Source of the DNA: Camelus ferus
Lineage: Eukaryota
Direction: 5' to 3'
Length of the DNA stretch: 64,000 nucleotides
Assembly: GCF_009834535.1 (NCBI RefSeq)
Contig: NC_045713.1
Span: 14,074,001-14,138,000, forward strand
Of the stretch, positions 53,901 to 64,000 are shown piece by piece. Under the pieces are notes generated by a model that was given only the letters and a program-made list of their open reading frames with translations, made no database searches and was not told where the DNA came from. The position numbers and the translations under genes are program-made. Each line of letters opens with the position of its first letter. The stretch's first letter is position 1.

Positions 53901-55477
53901 CCAGGAGAAGGGGGCCTTTCAGGAAGGCAGCCCACCCTGGGAAGAGAAAGGAGGGACAGTGGCAGAGGAAACCAGCGTCATCAAATGCCTTGAATCCTAT
54001 CCTCCCCATGCCTTCCTGCCCCATTACTGGAGGCCTCCAGCAGATGCTGAGCTCAGAGGTCTGCCGAAGCTTTGTGCTTGGCCTCAGTGATGACTTCACA
54101 GCCCCTTCGTCTTCCCTGTACCCTGCCCTCTCTGGCTTGTCCTTTTTCTGGTTATTTAGAGAGGATTCTCTCCAAACTCAAGGGTCCTGACCTGGCTGAG
54201 GGTGGTGGGAGCTGCCTTTTTCTGGCAAAGCACTCAGCCTGCTGACACACACTCCAGCCCTTGGAGCAGCCTTTCCCAGGGCCAGGAGTTGACCGCAGTT
54301 CAAGGGGTGAGGTGGGGGACTGGTGAAGCTCTGGCCTGAGAGAATAAGAATTGCCAGACCAGCTTCCCCCATCCTCTGGCGGTAGATCTTCTGAGGGGTG
54401 TCGTCTCCAGATGTAGCCCCAGGGCTGACCCTGGCCAGACGTCTGGGCTGCTGCTAGTCAGCTCATGCTTTTCCCAGCCCTTCCTGACCTGGGAAAGTGC
54501 CTGGGAGTCCAGGTGGGACAGAAGGAGCCCAGAATCTCCAGCAAGGCTTCTGGGGCCCAGCTGCCTATTTCCCCATGTGATGGTGCTGCTCCTCCTGTCA
54601 CAGCTCCACCTTCTAGGTTGAGGGCAGCTGTGCTGAGGTCCCTGGGAACATGGGATCTGTGTAGAAGGCTTGGGGAGAACTACTGAGCACAGGTTGGGGT
54701 TTTACAGCAGAGTAGGAGCCCGGATGGGCAGCCGTGAGGGCCTCTGGTGGAGGAAGAAAAGAAATGGCTACCGAGTTTCTTGAGTGCCTGGCTATGGCTG
54801 TTCCCCTGCCCGCCACCTCCAGCTCCTGGCTGGGTGAGTGCTGCTCTCAGGTTCCCCCTTGCAGGTGGTATCTTGCATGGCCCTCCCGTATGCCAAAAGC
54901 TACTCCCAGGGTCCTGGCCCCAGATGCTCTGGGCTCACCTCACCTTCTCCCCATCAGCTCTGGGTGCTGCCTATGGTACNNNNNNNNNNNNNNNNNNNNN
55001 NNNNNNNNNNNNNNNNNNNNNNNNNNNNNNNNNNNNNNNNNNNNNNNNNNNNNNNNNNNNNNNNNNNNNNNNNNNNNNNNNNNNNNNNNNNNNNNNNNNN
55101 NNNNNNNNNNNNTCCCTGAATGATGGCATCAGTCTCTACAGGTGAGTGCTGGGTTGTTCTCCCCACACCCCTGTACAGGCGGGGAGGGGACCTTGGGTGG
55201 GTGGTTGGTGACCCATACCTGCAGCCCTCCCCTCCTGTGGGCTGACATCCGCCCCTGTACTCTGTCCTCCAGGAGTTTCCTTCAGCTGGGCGCCGGCCTG
55301 AGCGTGGGCCTGAGCGGGCTGGCAGCTGGCTTTGCCATCGGCATCGTGGGGGACGCCGGCGTTCGGGGCACTGCCCAGCAGCCCCGGCTATTCGTGGGCA
55401 TGATCCTGATCCTCATCTTCGCCGAGGTGCTGGGCCTCTACGGGCTCATTGTTGCCCTCATCCTCTCCACAAAGTAG
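50313..55477 (+). CDS. ATP6V0C: V-type proton ATPase 16 kDa proteolipid subunit c, 155 aa: join(50313..50391,54958..55141,55273..55477)
   Basis: Translation [26 protein letters not shown]|ALGAAYGT[N gap][10 protein letters not shown]|[67 protein letters not shown], with the essential Glu retained in IFAEVL. Exons total 79+184+205 = 468 nt. Confidence 0.97.
54980..55112. other. N gap (133 nt) inside ATP6V0C exon 2
   Basis: Run of n. Confidence 0.99.
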
Positions 55478-55959
55478 CCCCTCCGGGCCTACCAGCCACA
55501 GAATATGATGTAAAGACCACCCCCTCCTCATTCCAAAACGAACAGCCTGACACACATGCACGGGGCAGCTGCCCCCCAATAGTTGGTCTTGTAAATGCGC
55601 AGTGTCCTAGTGCCCATCGTCTGTTGCCCCAGCCTTGCCCCTGCCCGCCCCGTGCCATGGACATCTGGGCCCACCATTCACCCATCCAGGCCCCTGACCA
55701 GTGAGGATGCAGGCCTTTGGCCGCCCCCACCCACCTGCTCTAGAGTGCTTTGTGTATAAGGATGAATTAGAGTCGTCATTTTCTCTTCACTGGATGTTTA
55801 TTTATAAAGATCTGACCTGTTCATACGTCTGTGGAGCAGCCCTCCGTCTCCCAACTATATAGTAATCTTAGGTATACTGTTGCGTTGTGAGGTTACCGTT
55901 TGCCCTGAGACTTGTTGGATGGAACCACCCTCCTGCAGCCCTGGCTGCCCAGGGCCGCG

Positions 55960-56700
55960 GGGCAGTGTGCTGGGCCCACCAGGCCTGGCGCCGAACCGTG
56001 TCCAATAAAGTTCTTGGATGTGACTGGACGCTTGTGTGTGGATCGCTTTTTTGGGCCCGGGGCTGGGCGGGGTGGGCCGGGAGGGAGGGGCCGAGGGCCA
56101 GACCACTAGGGAGGCGGCCGTCGCCGCGTCACTGCGGACCGCGCCGGTCACGTGGGCGCCGGGATCACGTGGGCGCGCCTCAGTCAGCTGAGGGTCACGT
56201 GGGCCGGGCCGCGCTCGGGGCCGGGACTCGGCGCCGGATCCGGCGCCTCCAGCTCGGGCTCACGATGCGCGGCGGGCAGGGCGCGGCGCGGGCCCTGGTG
56301 CTCCAGTTCACCAACTGCCGCATCCTGCGAGGCGGGGCGCTGCTCAGGTGGGCGCGGGGCGCGGACCAGGCCGGGGGGCGCGGGGCCCGGAGCTGCCAGG
56401 AATGCTTTGGGGCGGCGATCCTAGCCCCCGCCCTGCTCTGTGCGCAGGGAGGATCTGTGGGTGCGCGGGGGCCGCATTCTGGACCCGGAGAAGCTGTTCT
56501 TTGAGGAGCGGCGCGTGGCTGACGAGCAGCGGGACTGCGGGGGCTGCATCCTGGCGCCCGGCTTCATAGACGTGCAGATCAACGGTGCGGTCCGGGGCCC
56601 GCGGGCTGAGGAACTCAGAGGAGGAGCTCTGAGCTCCGGGCGACCGCCTCTTTTCTGTGGCCTCAGGTGGCTTTGGCGTTGACTTCTCTCAGGCCACGGA
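55960..56700. promoter_or_regulatory. AMDHD2 CpG-island promoter with three TCACGTG E-boxes (56147-56154, 56164-56171, 56194-56201)
   Basis: Motifs read directly from the sequence, all within 120 nt upstream of ATG 56265. Confidence 0.75.
56004..56009 (+). terminator. ATP6V0C polyadenylation signal AATAAA (a proximal variant TATAAA lies at 55803-55808)
   Basis: First canonical hexamer after the stop codon, followed by GT-rich sequence. Confidence 0.65.
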
Positions 56701-59700
56701 GGACGTGGGTTCAGGAGTCGCCCTGGTGGCCCGGAGAATCCTGTCTCACGGAGTCACCTCCTTCTGTCCCACTTTGGTCACTTCGCCACCGGAGGTTTAT
56801 CACAAGGTGAGGTCAGGCTCCCGGCCTGAAGTGAAGGAGGTCCCAGAAACACCCAGCCTGTTAATTTTGGAATCTCGTCTTTTCCCCTCACAACATCCCT
56901 TGGCGCTTGAGTCTGGGCTCACCTGCTGGCCTCCAACCACCTGGGCCTGGGGGTCCCCTGCCCTGCCCTGGGCATTCTCATTCTGGTGTCCCTCTGGCTG
57001 GTCTGCCGTTGCGGGTCTGGCTGCCTCTGCAGCTGTCCCCACAGCTTCGAACTTGCTGCCTCAGCACCTTCACCTGCCACACACCCTCCCCTCCCTGTGC
57101 TCTGGCCGCCTCCAGGCACCAGAAGCCGCCTCCTTGCCTGAGGCTGCTGGGGACTTCGTGATTGCCCCATCTTTAGACGTTCATTCTTCCAACTGGTTTG
57201 TGGTATGTGACTACAGTGAACACACTTTTCAGAAGGAAGCTCTGTGGTCTACCCCAAGCCTTCCTCTAATCTGGCCTCCACCCCATTCTCTTCTACTTCT
57301 TTCTTACCTGCGAGGCTTGGGATTCAGTTATCCCTTGTCTGTTTTTCCTTTAAAATGTCTTACTCTACGAAGATTCTCCAGTTTTAGTCTTTGCCCCGTC
57401 TTATTATTCGACCTTGTTTTCTCTGTATGTAGGTTCTCTTTTTCTGAACTATTTGAGAGTTGGTGACACGCTTCGTGCCTCTATACTCCTTAACACTGAA
57501 TCTCTTCTTAAACACACAGGCATTCTTTCATGCGAGTACAGGTATAGAGTTACTGAGTTTGCAAAATTAACGCTGTTATTTTCCAGTCGACCATTTATGT
57601 TCCGGTTTTGTAGTTTTTCTCCAACTCAGGATTCTTTCTGGGATCACGGATTGCATTGGCTGCTGTGGATTTCCCTCCTAGGGGTGTGGACAGAGGCTCA
57701 GAGCTGGGAGCTGGGGGAGGTGGGCTGTGGGCTCAGGGTTTGGCTCCAGCCTCCTGAGTTCATCTATCAGCTGGGAGACTCAAGACAGTCATTACTTACT
57801 GGTTTCTGAGCATTGGTTTCTTCAAACCTTAAGTACGAATAAACAGAGTCCATCTCTCTGGGTTGGGTGTTCAGCACTCTGCTTGACGAATAAACAGAGT
57901 CCATCTCTCTGGGTTGGGTGCTCAGCACTCTGCTTGGTTCACTTTGAGCACCTGGTAAATGCCAGCTAAGGACATCTTTCTGGAAATTTCCCCCATCACA
58001 GAGTCAGATGTCAAAAACCAAGCTTATCTCCCTGCTGCAGACTGGCACCTGATTCTGTGTTTTCTGTCTTGGCATCAGTCTGTGACTTCCCTGCCCAGGA
58101 TCTGGAAACAAGCCCTCCCTCTTTGCCCCTCTGATCCCCACCAGTGAGGCTTAGTGACTGTTACTCAGTCTTGCGACTGCTGTCCCAGCTCCGGGTCCCG
58201 CCTGGGTGGCCTTCCCCAGGTGTGGGGCTCAGCATGGCCCTCCCACCTCCCCAACTCATCTGCGGGCTGGACTCACCCTCCTGAGCATTCCTGCGCAGCT
58301 GCATTTCAGCCATTCCAGGCAGCTCCCTCTTCTGCCCTCAAGCTCTCTGCCCGGGAGGCCTTTGCTTAGCTCTGTCCACCACACCAGCTGGCCCATGTGC
58401 TGTGTCTGCGGACGCGCCACCCCTGGCCATCATGAGACAAACAATGGGGCTTCTTCCTCAGGAGAAGGGGTTTCTGATCAGCAGGACTTCCATCTTCTCT
58501 TCTCTTCTCTTCTCTTCTCTTCTCTTCTCTTCTCTTCCCAGCACCCGTCACCCTTCTTAAATGCATACAGTGTGCAGACCTTCGGAGGAAGAGTAAACTG
58601 ATTTATGGTGCAACTTGTGGAGGGCTTTGAATTTGAAAACTTTAATACCAGTGTCATCTTAGAAACTACAGGACTGTACCCTGGGTTCTCCCCACACACA
58701 CTGCTCCCCCAATTCTGCCCAGCCTTCCTCCGGGGCCCAGATTGCTACTTTATCAGAAGTTACTCAGGTTCATGGAGACCACCTGCCCTTTTTCTGGGGT
58801 CTCTTCCTTGTTCTTTGCTACCCTTCCAGGAGGGAGATGTGATTGCCTTGTTCTCTGCTTCAGGTCCATTGTCTGCTGAGCCAACATCAGGCATATCCTC
58901 AGGATGGCAGCCAGGCTCTTGCCTCTGGCCCGACATGCCCTTTACACTTGGACCTTTTTCTGATGGTCTCCTGCCTTGAACGTACCTCGTTCCCTTCACT
59001 TCCAAACTGTCTGTTTTGTTTATTTAGTGCTTTCTAGCTTTCCCTTTTAAAACTCTGTTTTGGGAAAACAGCCATTATCTTTTTCTCTCTTTCTCTCTTT
59101 CTCTTTCTTTCTTTCTTTCTCTTTCTTTCCTCTTTCTTTTAACTCTTTAGTGAACGTATGTACATCACATGGCTTGTTAGAAAAAAAACAGTAGTCCTCT
59201 GCTCCCACCAGTCCCCACCTAGAGAGAATTACTTTCAACTGAGTTGACCCTTGGAACTTGCCCCCATGGCGCTAAAGAATATACTGGCATTCCTGCTCAC
59301 CTTTTTGGTTTCACGCAGCATAAATGTGCTTTCCACCTGGAAGGACAAGGATTAGCTTTCTGTCGTGCCCTTTCGTGCCCTGCTGCCCCCACCCCCCTCC
59401 TCCCCAGAGAGTTTCCTATAATTTCATTTAGATCAGTTATCAGGACTGGGGACTCAGCTCAATTACATTCTCTTACTTGTCAACTCTGTTTTGCTTGGAG
59501 TTAATAGTCTTCGTTTGCTTAGTTTTAAAATTTACTGGCTCAACTCCAGGATTTCAGCCAGTCATCTCCCTCTCTGTTCAGGATTTGGAGGCTTCTGCAG
59601 AGGTGCCATCCATTTCACCTTCCTTTGGGAGCCTTGGGGACCTGCTATCCCAGGGCTGGCTGCTGGCCTCACTGGGGCCAAGCTGTCTGGGAGCTCCCTT

Positions 59701-62700
59701 CCCCTCAGCTGCTGGCCCCCAGGCCTCTTTCTGCTGCGTCTCTCTGTCCAGTATCCCGGGCCTTCCTCTTTGTGGATTTACACCTTAATTTTGGTGGAGC
59801 CCATCCTCCAGCAACTTCCAGAGAAAGGAGTCACAGGGGGTAACACTTTTGAAATGTTGGAGGTCTGAGATAACTTGACTCTCTTAATCGATGTCTCGTC
59901 TGGGTTAGCACTGTGGATTAGAAGTCACTGCTCTCTAGAATTTTGATGGCATTTGCGTATTGTCTTTTAACTTCCAGGGTTGCTGATGAGAAATCAGAAG
60001 CCATCCGACTCCTGATCCTTTGTGCATGACCTGTTTTTTCCATCTGGAAGCCTTTGGGGTCTTCCCTCTGTCCCTAGGGTGACGTGTGGGGACTGGTGGG
60101 AGTTCATCTGCTGTGCTGGGGAGGGTAGAGCTCAGCGGTAGAGCCCATGCTTAGCGTGCACGAGGTCCTGGGTTCACTCCCCAGTGCCTCCATCAAAAGA
60201 AAGAAAATGAAATGCACACTCATGAGTCCCTGCACCCACAGATCCTCCATCAGCGGGTCTGGGATGGGGCTCGGTAATCTACATGTAAAACAAAAGTAGA
60301 AATTGCCCTCACCTGGAGACCCTCTGCTTTAGCCCTCTAGGTGCATGGTGTGACAGAGCTGGGGACCATTCTACTTTTTTTTTGTTATTTACTNNNNNNN
60401 NNNNNNNNNNNNNNNNNNNNNNNNNNNNNNNNNNNNNNNNNNNNNNNNNNNNNNNNNNNNNNNNNNNNNNNNNNNNNNNNNNNNNNNNNNNNNNNNNNNN
60501 NNNNNNNNNNNNNNNNNNNNNNNNNNNNNNNNNNNNNNNNNNNNNNNNNNNNNNNNNNNNNNNNNNNNNNNNNNNNNNATCTCTCTTTTGTTTTTCAATG
60601 GAGGTACTGGGGATTGAACCCAGGACTTTATACATGCTGAGTCCGTGCTCTGCCCCTGAACTGTGCCACCCCGGGACCTGGCTACTCTTTAGTGAGGCTC
60701 CTCTTGTCAATCCCCCTGCTTCTTGAGGCGCCAAGCACTGCCAAAGCCTAAGCCAGTTGGGGTGTGGTGTGGTGCCTGCTTCCTTTCTGTCCCCCCGGTG
60801 TGTCTTTGTCCAGCAGCTGCTTTTTGGGCTCCTGAGTCAGCCTGCCCTTGTCCTGTCTTCATGCTGAGTTTAAGCCTCTGAAAAATCCCCGTTCCTCTCT
60901 TTGGGGTGGAGGGTACACCAGTCCACCAGGCTCTCCCCGGAAACTCTGCAGGGGACATCCTGTAGGGCTCCCCATCCCACATCCTTCCCCACGTTGAAGG
61001 AGAGGGCTTTGGGCTGGGATACCTGCCTGCCTGTCCTCTGATATATGTGATGTGAGCACCTGTCATGCACAAGTGACGTTCCCCACTGTGTCCAGATCCG
61101 GGCTCAGAGTGGCCACGCCGTTTGTGCCTGAGCTCCCCAGCTACCAAGCCCGTGCCTCTGCCCTTTGCTCTGCCTGGAATGCATGTCCTCCTCCCACCTC
61201 AGCCCTGCTTCCCAGACCTGTAGCTCAGGAAGGCCTGGCCTGTCACCCAGTCAGGCCCCATGCTTCCTGGCCCCACTGTGTCCTAACTGCTGTCTGATGG
61301 GGCCACCTTGAGGGCCTTGGTGCCCCATGCCTGCCCATGGCCTGGGAGCTATCACCTCGTCTCCGGGTCCTCTTGAGCAGACCAGTCTTGCATCCTTGGG
61401 GTCCTGTCATTTCTTGATGCTCCTGTGACCCTGTGTCCCACTGCTTCTGAATGCTGTGCTTTCCCTGACCATGGTTGAGGGCCTTCGACCCTTCTAACAC
61501 CTGAGGGAAGGCCAGTGGGGACTGGGCTGGGCTCTGACCTCTGGGTGCTGGGCCGCGGGGGGCAGGGCTTTAACAGCTGGTTCCCCCCAGGTCCTTCCTC
61601 AGATACCCGTGAAGAGTGGTGGTCCCCATGGGGCAGGGGTCCTCGGTGAGTGGCTGACCCCTCTCCCCGCCCCTATCCTGGGAGGCTCCTTGGGGACCTA
61701 TTGGCAGCCCCTCACCTTCCAGATGCCCAACTGTGGGGGGAGGACGGGCAGGCAAGAGGGTCAGTGAGGGGGCAGCAGGGCGGCTGGGGACCTGCTGGAA
61801 ACCTCCCCTCCCCTCCCCCCAGGGGTGCACCTGGAGGGCCCATTCATCAGCCGGGAGAAGCGAGGCGCACACCCTGAGGCCCACCTGCGCTCCTTTGAGG
61901 CCAGTGCTTTCCAAGACTTGCTGGCCACCTATGGGTCCCTTGACAACGTCCGCATTGTGACGCTGGCCCCCGAGCTGGACCGCAGCCACGAGGTGATCCA
62001 GGCGCTGACAGCCCTTGGAATATGCGTGTCCCTCGGTGAGGATTGTGTCCTGACCTCTGTCCCGGGGCCCCAGGCTGGGTGCTGAGTCTGAGCCTGGGTC
62101 CCTGCACAGGACACTCAGTGGCTGACCTGGGGGCTGCAGAGGAAGCCGTGCGGAGTGGGGCCACCTTCATCACCCATCTCTTCAACGCCATGCTGCCCGT
62201 GAGTGGCGCCCCAGCTCTGGGCGGGAGGGTGTGGCCGTCCTGCTGTGGCTCAGTGCCCCCCTCCTGCCCCTGCCCAGTTCCACCACCGTGACCCTGGCAT
62301 CGTGGGGCTCCTAACCAGTGACCAGCTGCCCCCAGGCCGCCACATCTTTTATGGGATGATTGCCGACGGCATGCACACCAACCCCGCCGCCCTGCGCATC
62401 GCCTACCGGGCCCATCCCCAGGGTGAGCAGCTGGCTGGGGCGGGAGCAGGTAGGAAGACCAGCCCAGCTGGGTCCTGAGCCCCCTTCCTCCTATAGGGCT
62501 GGTGCTGGTCACTGACGCCGTCCCTGCTCTGGGCTTGGGCAATGGCCGACACACACTGGGGCAGCAGGAGGTAGAGGTGGATGGGCTGACAGCCTATGTG
62601 GCAGGTGAGTAGCCCCAGTCCCCAAGACTGCCCGAGTGAGAATAGCCCCTCGGCCCCTCTGCTGGGGAGTAAGAACCCACCCCTGGCCCCCAAAACCTAC

Positions 62701-62821
62701 CCTCTCTGTTCTCAAGGCACTAAGACACTAAGCGGCAGCATCACCCCGATGGACGTGTGCGTGCGGCATTTCCTGCAGGCCACAGGTCAGTGCGGCCAGG
62801 CTGTGCGTGCCGTGTGAGCGC

Positions 62822-62856
<35 letters not shown>

Positions 62857-63828
62857 GGGGCAGAGACTTCATCTGGGAGAGGCTGGAGGGAAGAGGGGAC
62901 TACCAGGGTCCTGCACCCACATCCCTCATCTGTCTGTGTCTGGTGGGGTTCCCAGGGGATGGGCACTAGGAATGTGGCCAAGGCCCTGCCTGCAGGTGCT
63001 CATGGCAGAGGGAGAGGGCAGTGAGCCAGCAGATGACTGGAACTTGAGGGCAGGGCCTTGGCCCGGGGCCTGTGGGATTGCAGGACTTTGCGGGTGCAGA
63101 GCTGCAGGGAGGCAAGGTCTGGGGAGGGGGTCTGGAGCAGCACTCCAGGGTCAGGCTGTGTGGGGGGCCTCTGAGTGTGGGTTGGCATGTTCTAGGGGTG
63201 GTTGGCCAGGCCTTGTGGGGCTCTGGGCAGCACCCTGCGGCTGGGGTGTCATGTGGGAGGTTGGGGAGCACTACGGTCCAAGGTGCTGTTTGGAGCAGCA
63301 GGAGACGGGGTGGGAGGCAGAAGAGAGCTGTGGCCTGGCTTGGCAGGGGTGAAGCAGAGGATAGAGAGAACTGGGGTACCCAGTAGTATCCTCAGATCAG
63401 GGAGAGAGTGGTGTCTTGTCAACCTGCTGCAGAGTCCTGGGATGCGTCCATAGGACTTGGAACTCTGGGGCTGGGGGGGGGACCCTGTTGGGCCTCTCAT
63501 CTACCCCAGCCCTGCCAGGAACCTCACTGACCAAACAGTTGAAACCCAAATGCCCATGAGCTCCTCCTCCTCCTGGCTTCCCAGAGAACACCCCACAGGA
63601 GAGCAGGACCCTGGGCGTCTGTGAGGCCACCCAGGACTTGGGGTCTTTCCCTGCCTCGCTCCAGAAGTCAGATGGCCAAGCCAGCTAGGGGTTGAGGATG
63701 GTCACCTGTCTATGTCCCCTGAGCAGGCTGCAGCGTGGAGGCTGCCCTGGAGGCGGCGTCCTTGCACCCCGCACAACTGCTGGGGCTGGAGAAGCATAAG
63801 GGGACCCTGGACTTCGGGGCCGATGCAG
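56265..63828 (+). CDS. AMDHD2: N-acetylglucosamine-6-phosphate deacetylase, 3' partial: join(56265..56347,56448..56584,56667..56806,61591..61645,61823..62035,62110..62198,62278..62422,62497..62604,62717..62785,63727..63828); final exon beyond the window
   Basis: NagA motifs [65 protein letters not shown] and LHPAQLLG. All junctions are GT-AG and in phase. Confidence 0.96.
57835..57936. repeat. Tandem duplication, 2 x 51 bp with 1 mismatch
   Basis: ACGAATAAACAGAGTCCATCTCTCTGGGTTGGGTG(T/C)TCAGCACTCTGCTTG occurs at 57835-57885 and 57886-57936. Confidence 0.95.
58493..58537. repeat. (CTCTT)n pentanucleotide microsatellite
   Basis: Read directly. Confidence 0.95.
59078..59140. repeat. CT/TTTC-rich simple repeat
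   Basis: Imperfect pyrimidine simple repeat, read directly. Confidence 0.85.
59840..60080 (-). mobile_element. Old L1M fragment (antisense) in AMDHD2 intron 3
   Basis: TTCTAGAATTTTGATGGCATT...GTTGCTGATGAGAAATCAGAAGCCA...TTTTTTCCATCTGGAAGCCTTT is typical antisense L1M. Confidence 0.6.
60118..60207 (+). mobile_element. tRNA-Ala-derived SINE (Vic-1-type, camelid)
   Basis: GGGAGGGTAGAGCTCAGCGGTAGAGCCCATGCTTAGCGTGCACGAGGTCCTGGGTTCACTCCCCAGTGCCTCCAT followed by an A-rich tail. A- and B-box-like motifs are present. Confidence 0.8.
60394..60578. other. N gap (185 nt) in AMDHD2 intron 3, next to SINE tails
   Basis: Run of n, with T-rich sequence on both sides. Confidence 0.99.
60585..60671 (-). mobile_element. 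Second, more diverged tRNA-Ala-derived SINE copy (Vic-1-type)
   Basis: The reverse complement reads GGGTGGCACAGTTCAGGGGCAGAGCACGGACTCAGCATGTATAAAGTCCTGGGTTCAATCCCCAGTACCTCCATTGAAAAACAAAAG. Confidence 0.75.
62824..62855. repeat. (GT)n microsatellite, about 16 units, AMDHD2 intron 9
   Basis: Read directly. Confidence 0.97.
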
Positions 63829-64000
63829 GTCAGGGCCCAGTGTGGGCGGCACGGTTGGCCCGGGCAGCCTTGAAGACTCGGGAATTCTTGGGAGGCCTGG
63901 GATGGGACTAGCGTGGGCAGGTGGGATCTTCCCTACACCCAGGTGGCTCTGCCCGGCTCCCCCCTTTTCCCTCAGACCAGGCAAGGGGCTGCTGAGAGCT

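Noticed and set aside
60118-60192. tRNA-Ala-like sequence
   Set aside because: Degenerate stems and B-box plus an A-rich tail indicate a SINE, not a functional tRNA gene.
63977-63997. Acceptor CCCCCTTTTCCCTCAG| giving a short alternative AMDHD2 ending (DQARGC*)
   Set aside because: Would delete the conserved final beta-strands. The true last exon (DFVVL...) is expected just beyond the window edge, and nothing supports use of this site.

Overview
Mammalian genomic DNA, GC-rich, syntenic with human 16p13.3. It is probably camelid, judged from two tRNA-Ala-derived Vic-1-type SINE copies. All genes are on the + strand, in this order: CCNF (last 3 coding exons), TEDC2/C16orf59 (10 coding exons, 434 aa), an intact CpG-island ORF encoding a TMEM100/PIRT-family two-helix membrane protein that I do not recognise as a named gene, NTN3 (6 exons, 580 aa), TBC1D24 (7 coding exons including an 18-nt microexon, 559 aa), ATP6V0C (3 exons, 155 aa, exon 2 partly masked by Ns) and AMDHD2 (exons 1-10; the last exon lies beyond the window). 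I traced every exon junction by hand (GT-AG, phase-consistent). Family assignments rest on recalled human protein sequences, not database searches. The strongest hunt result is the TMEM100-like gene at 10843-11163. Secondary leads are phase-compatible read-through fusions (TBC1D24>ATP6V0C and ATP6V0C>AMDHD2), candidate extra 5'UTR exons and uORFs in TBC1D24, CLEAR/E-box clusters and a possible retrocopy. Most other six-frame ORFs are GC-rich shadows or decayed L2/L1/MIR sequence.
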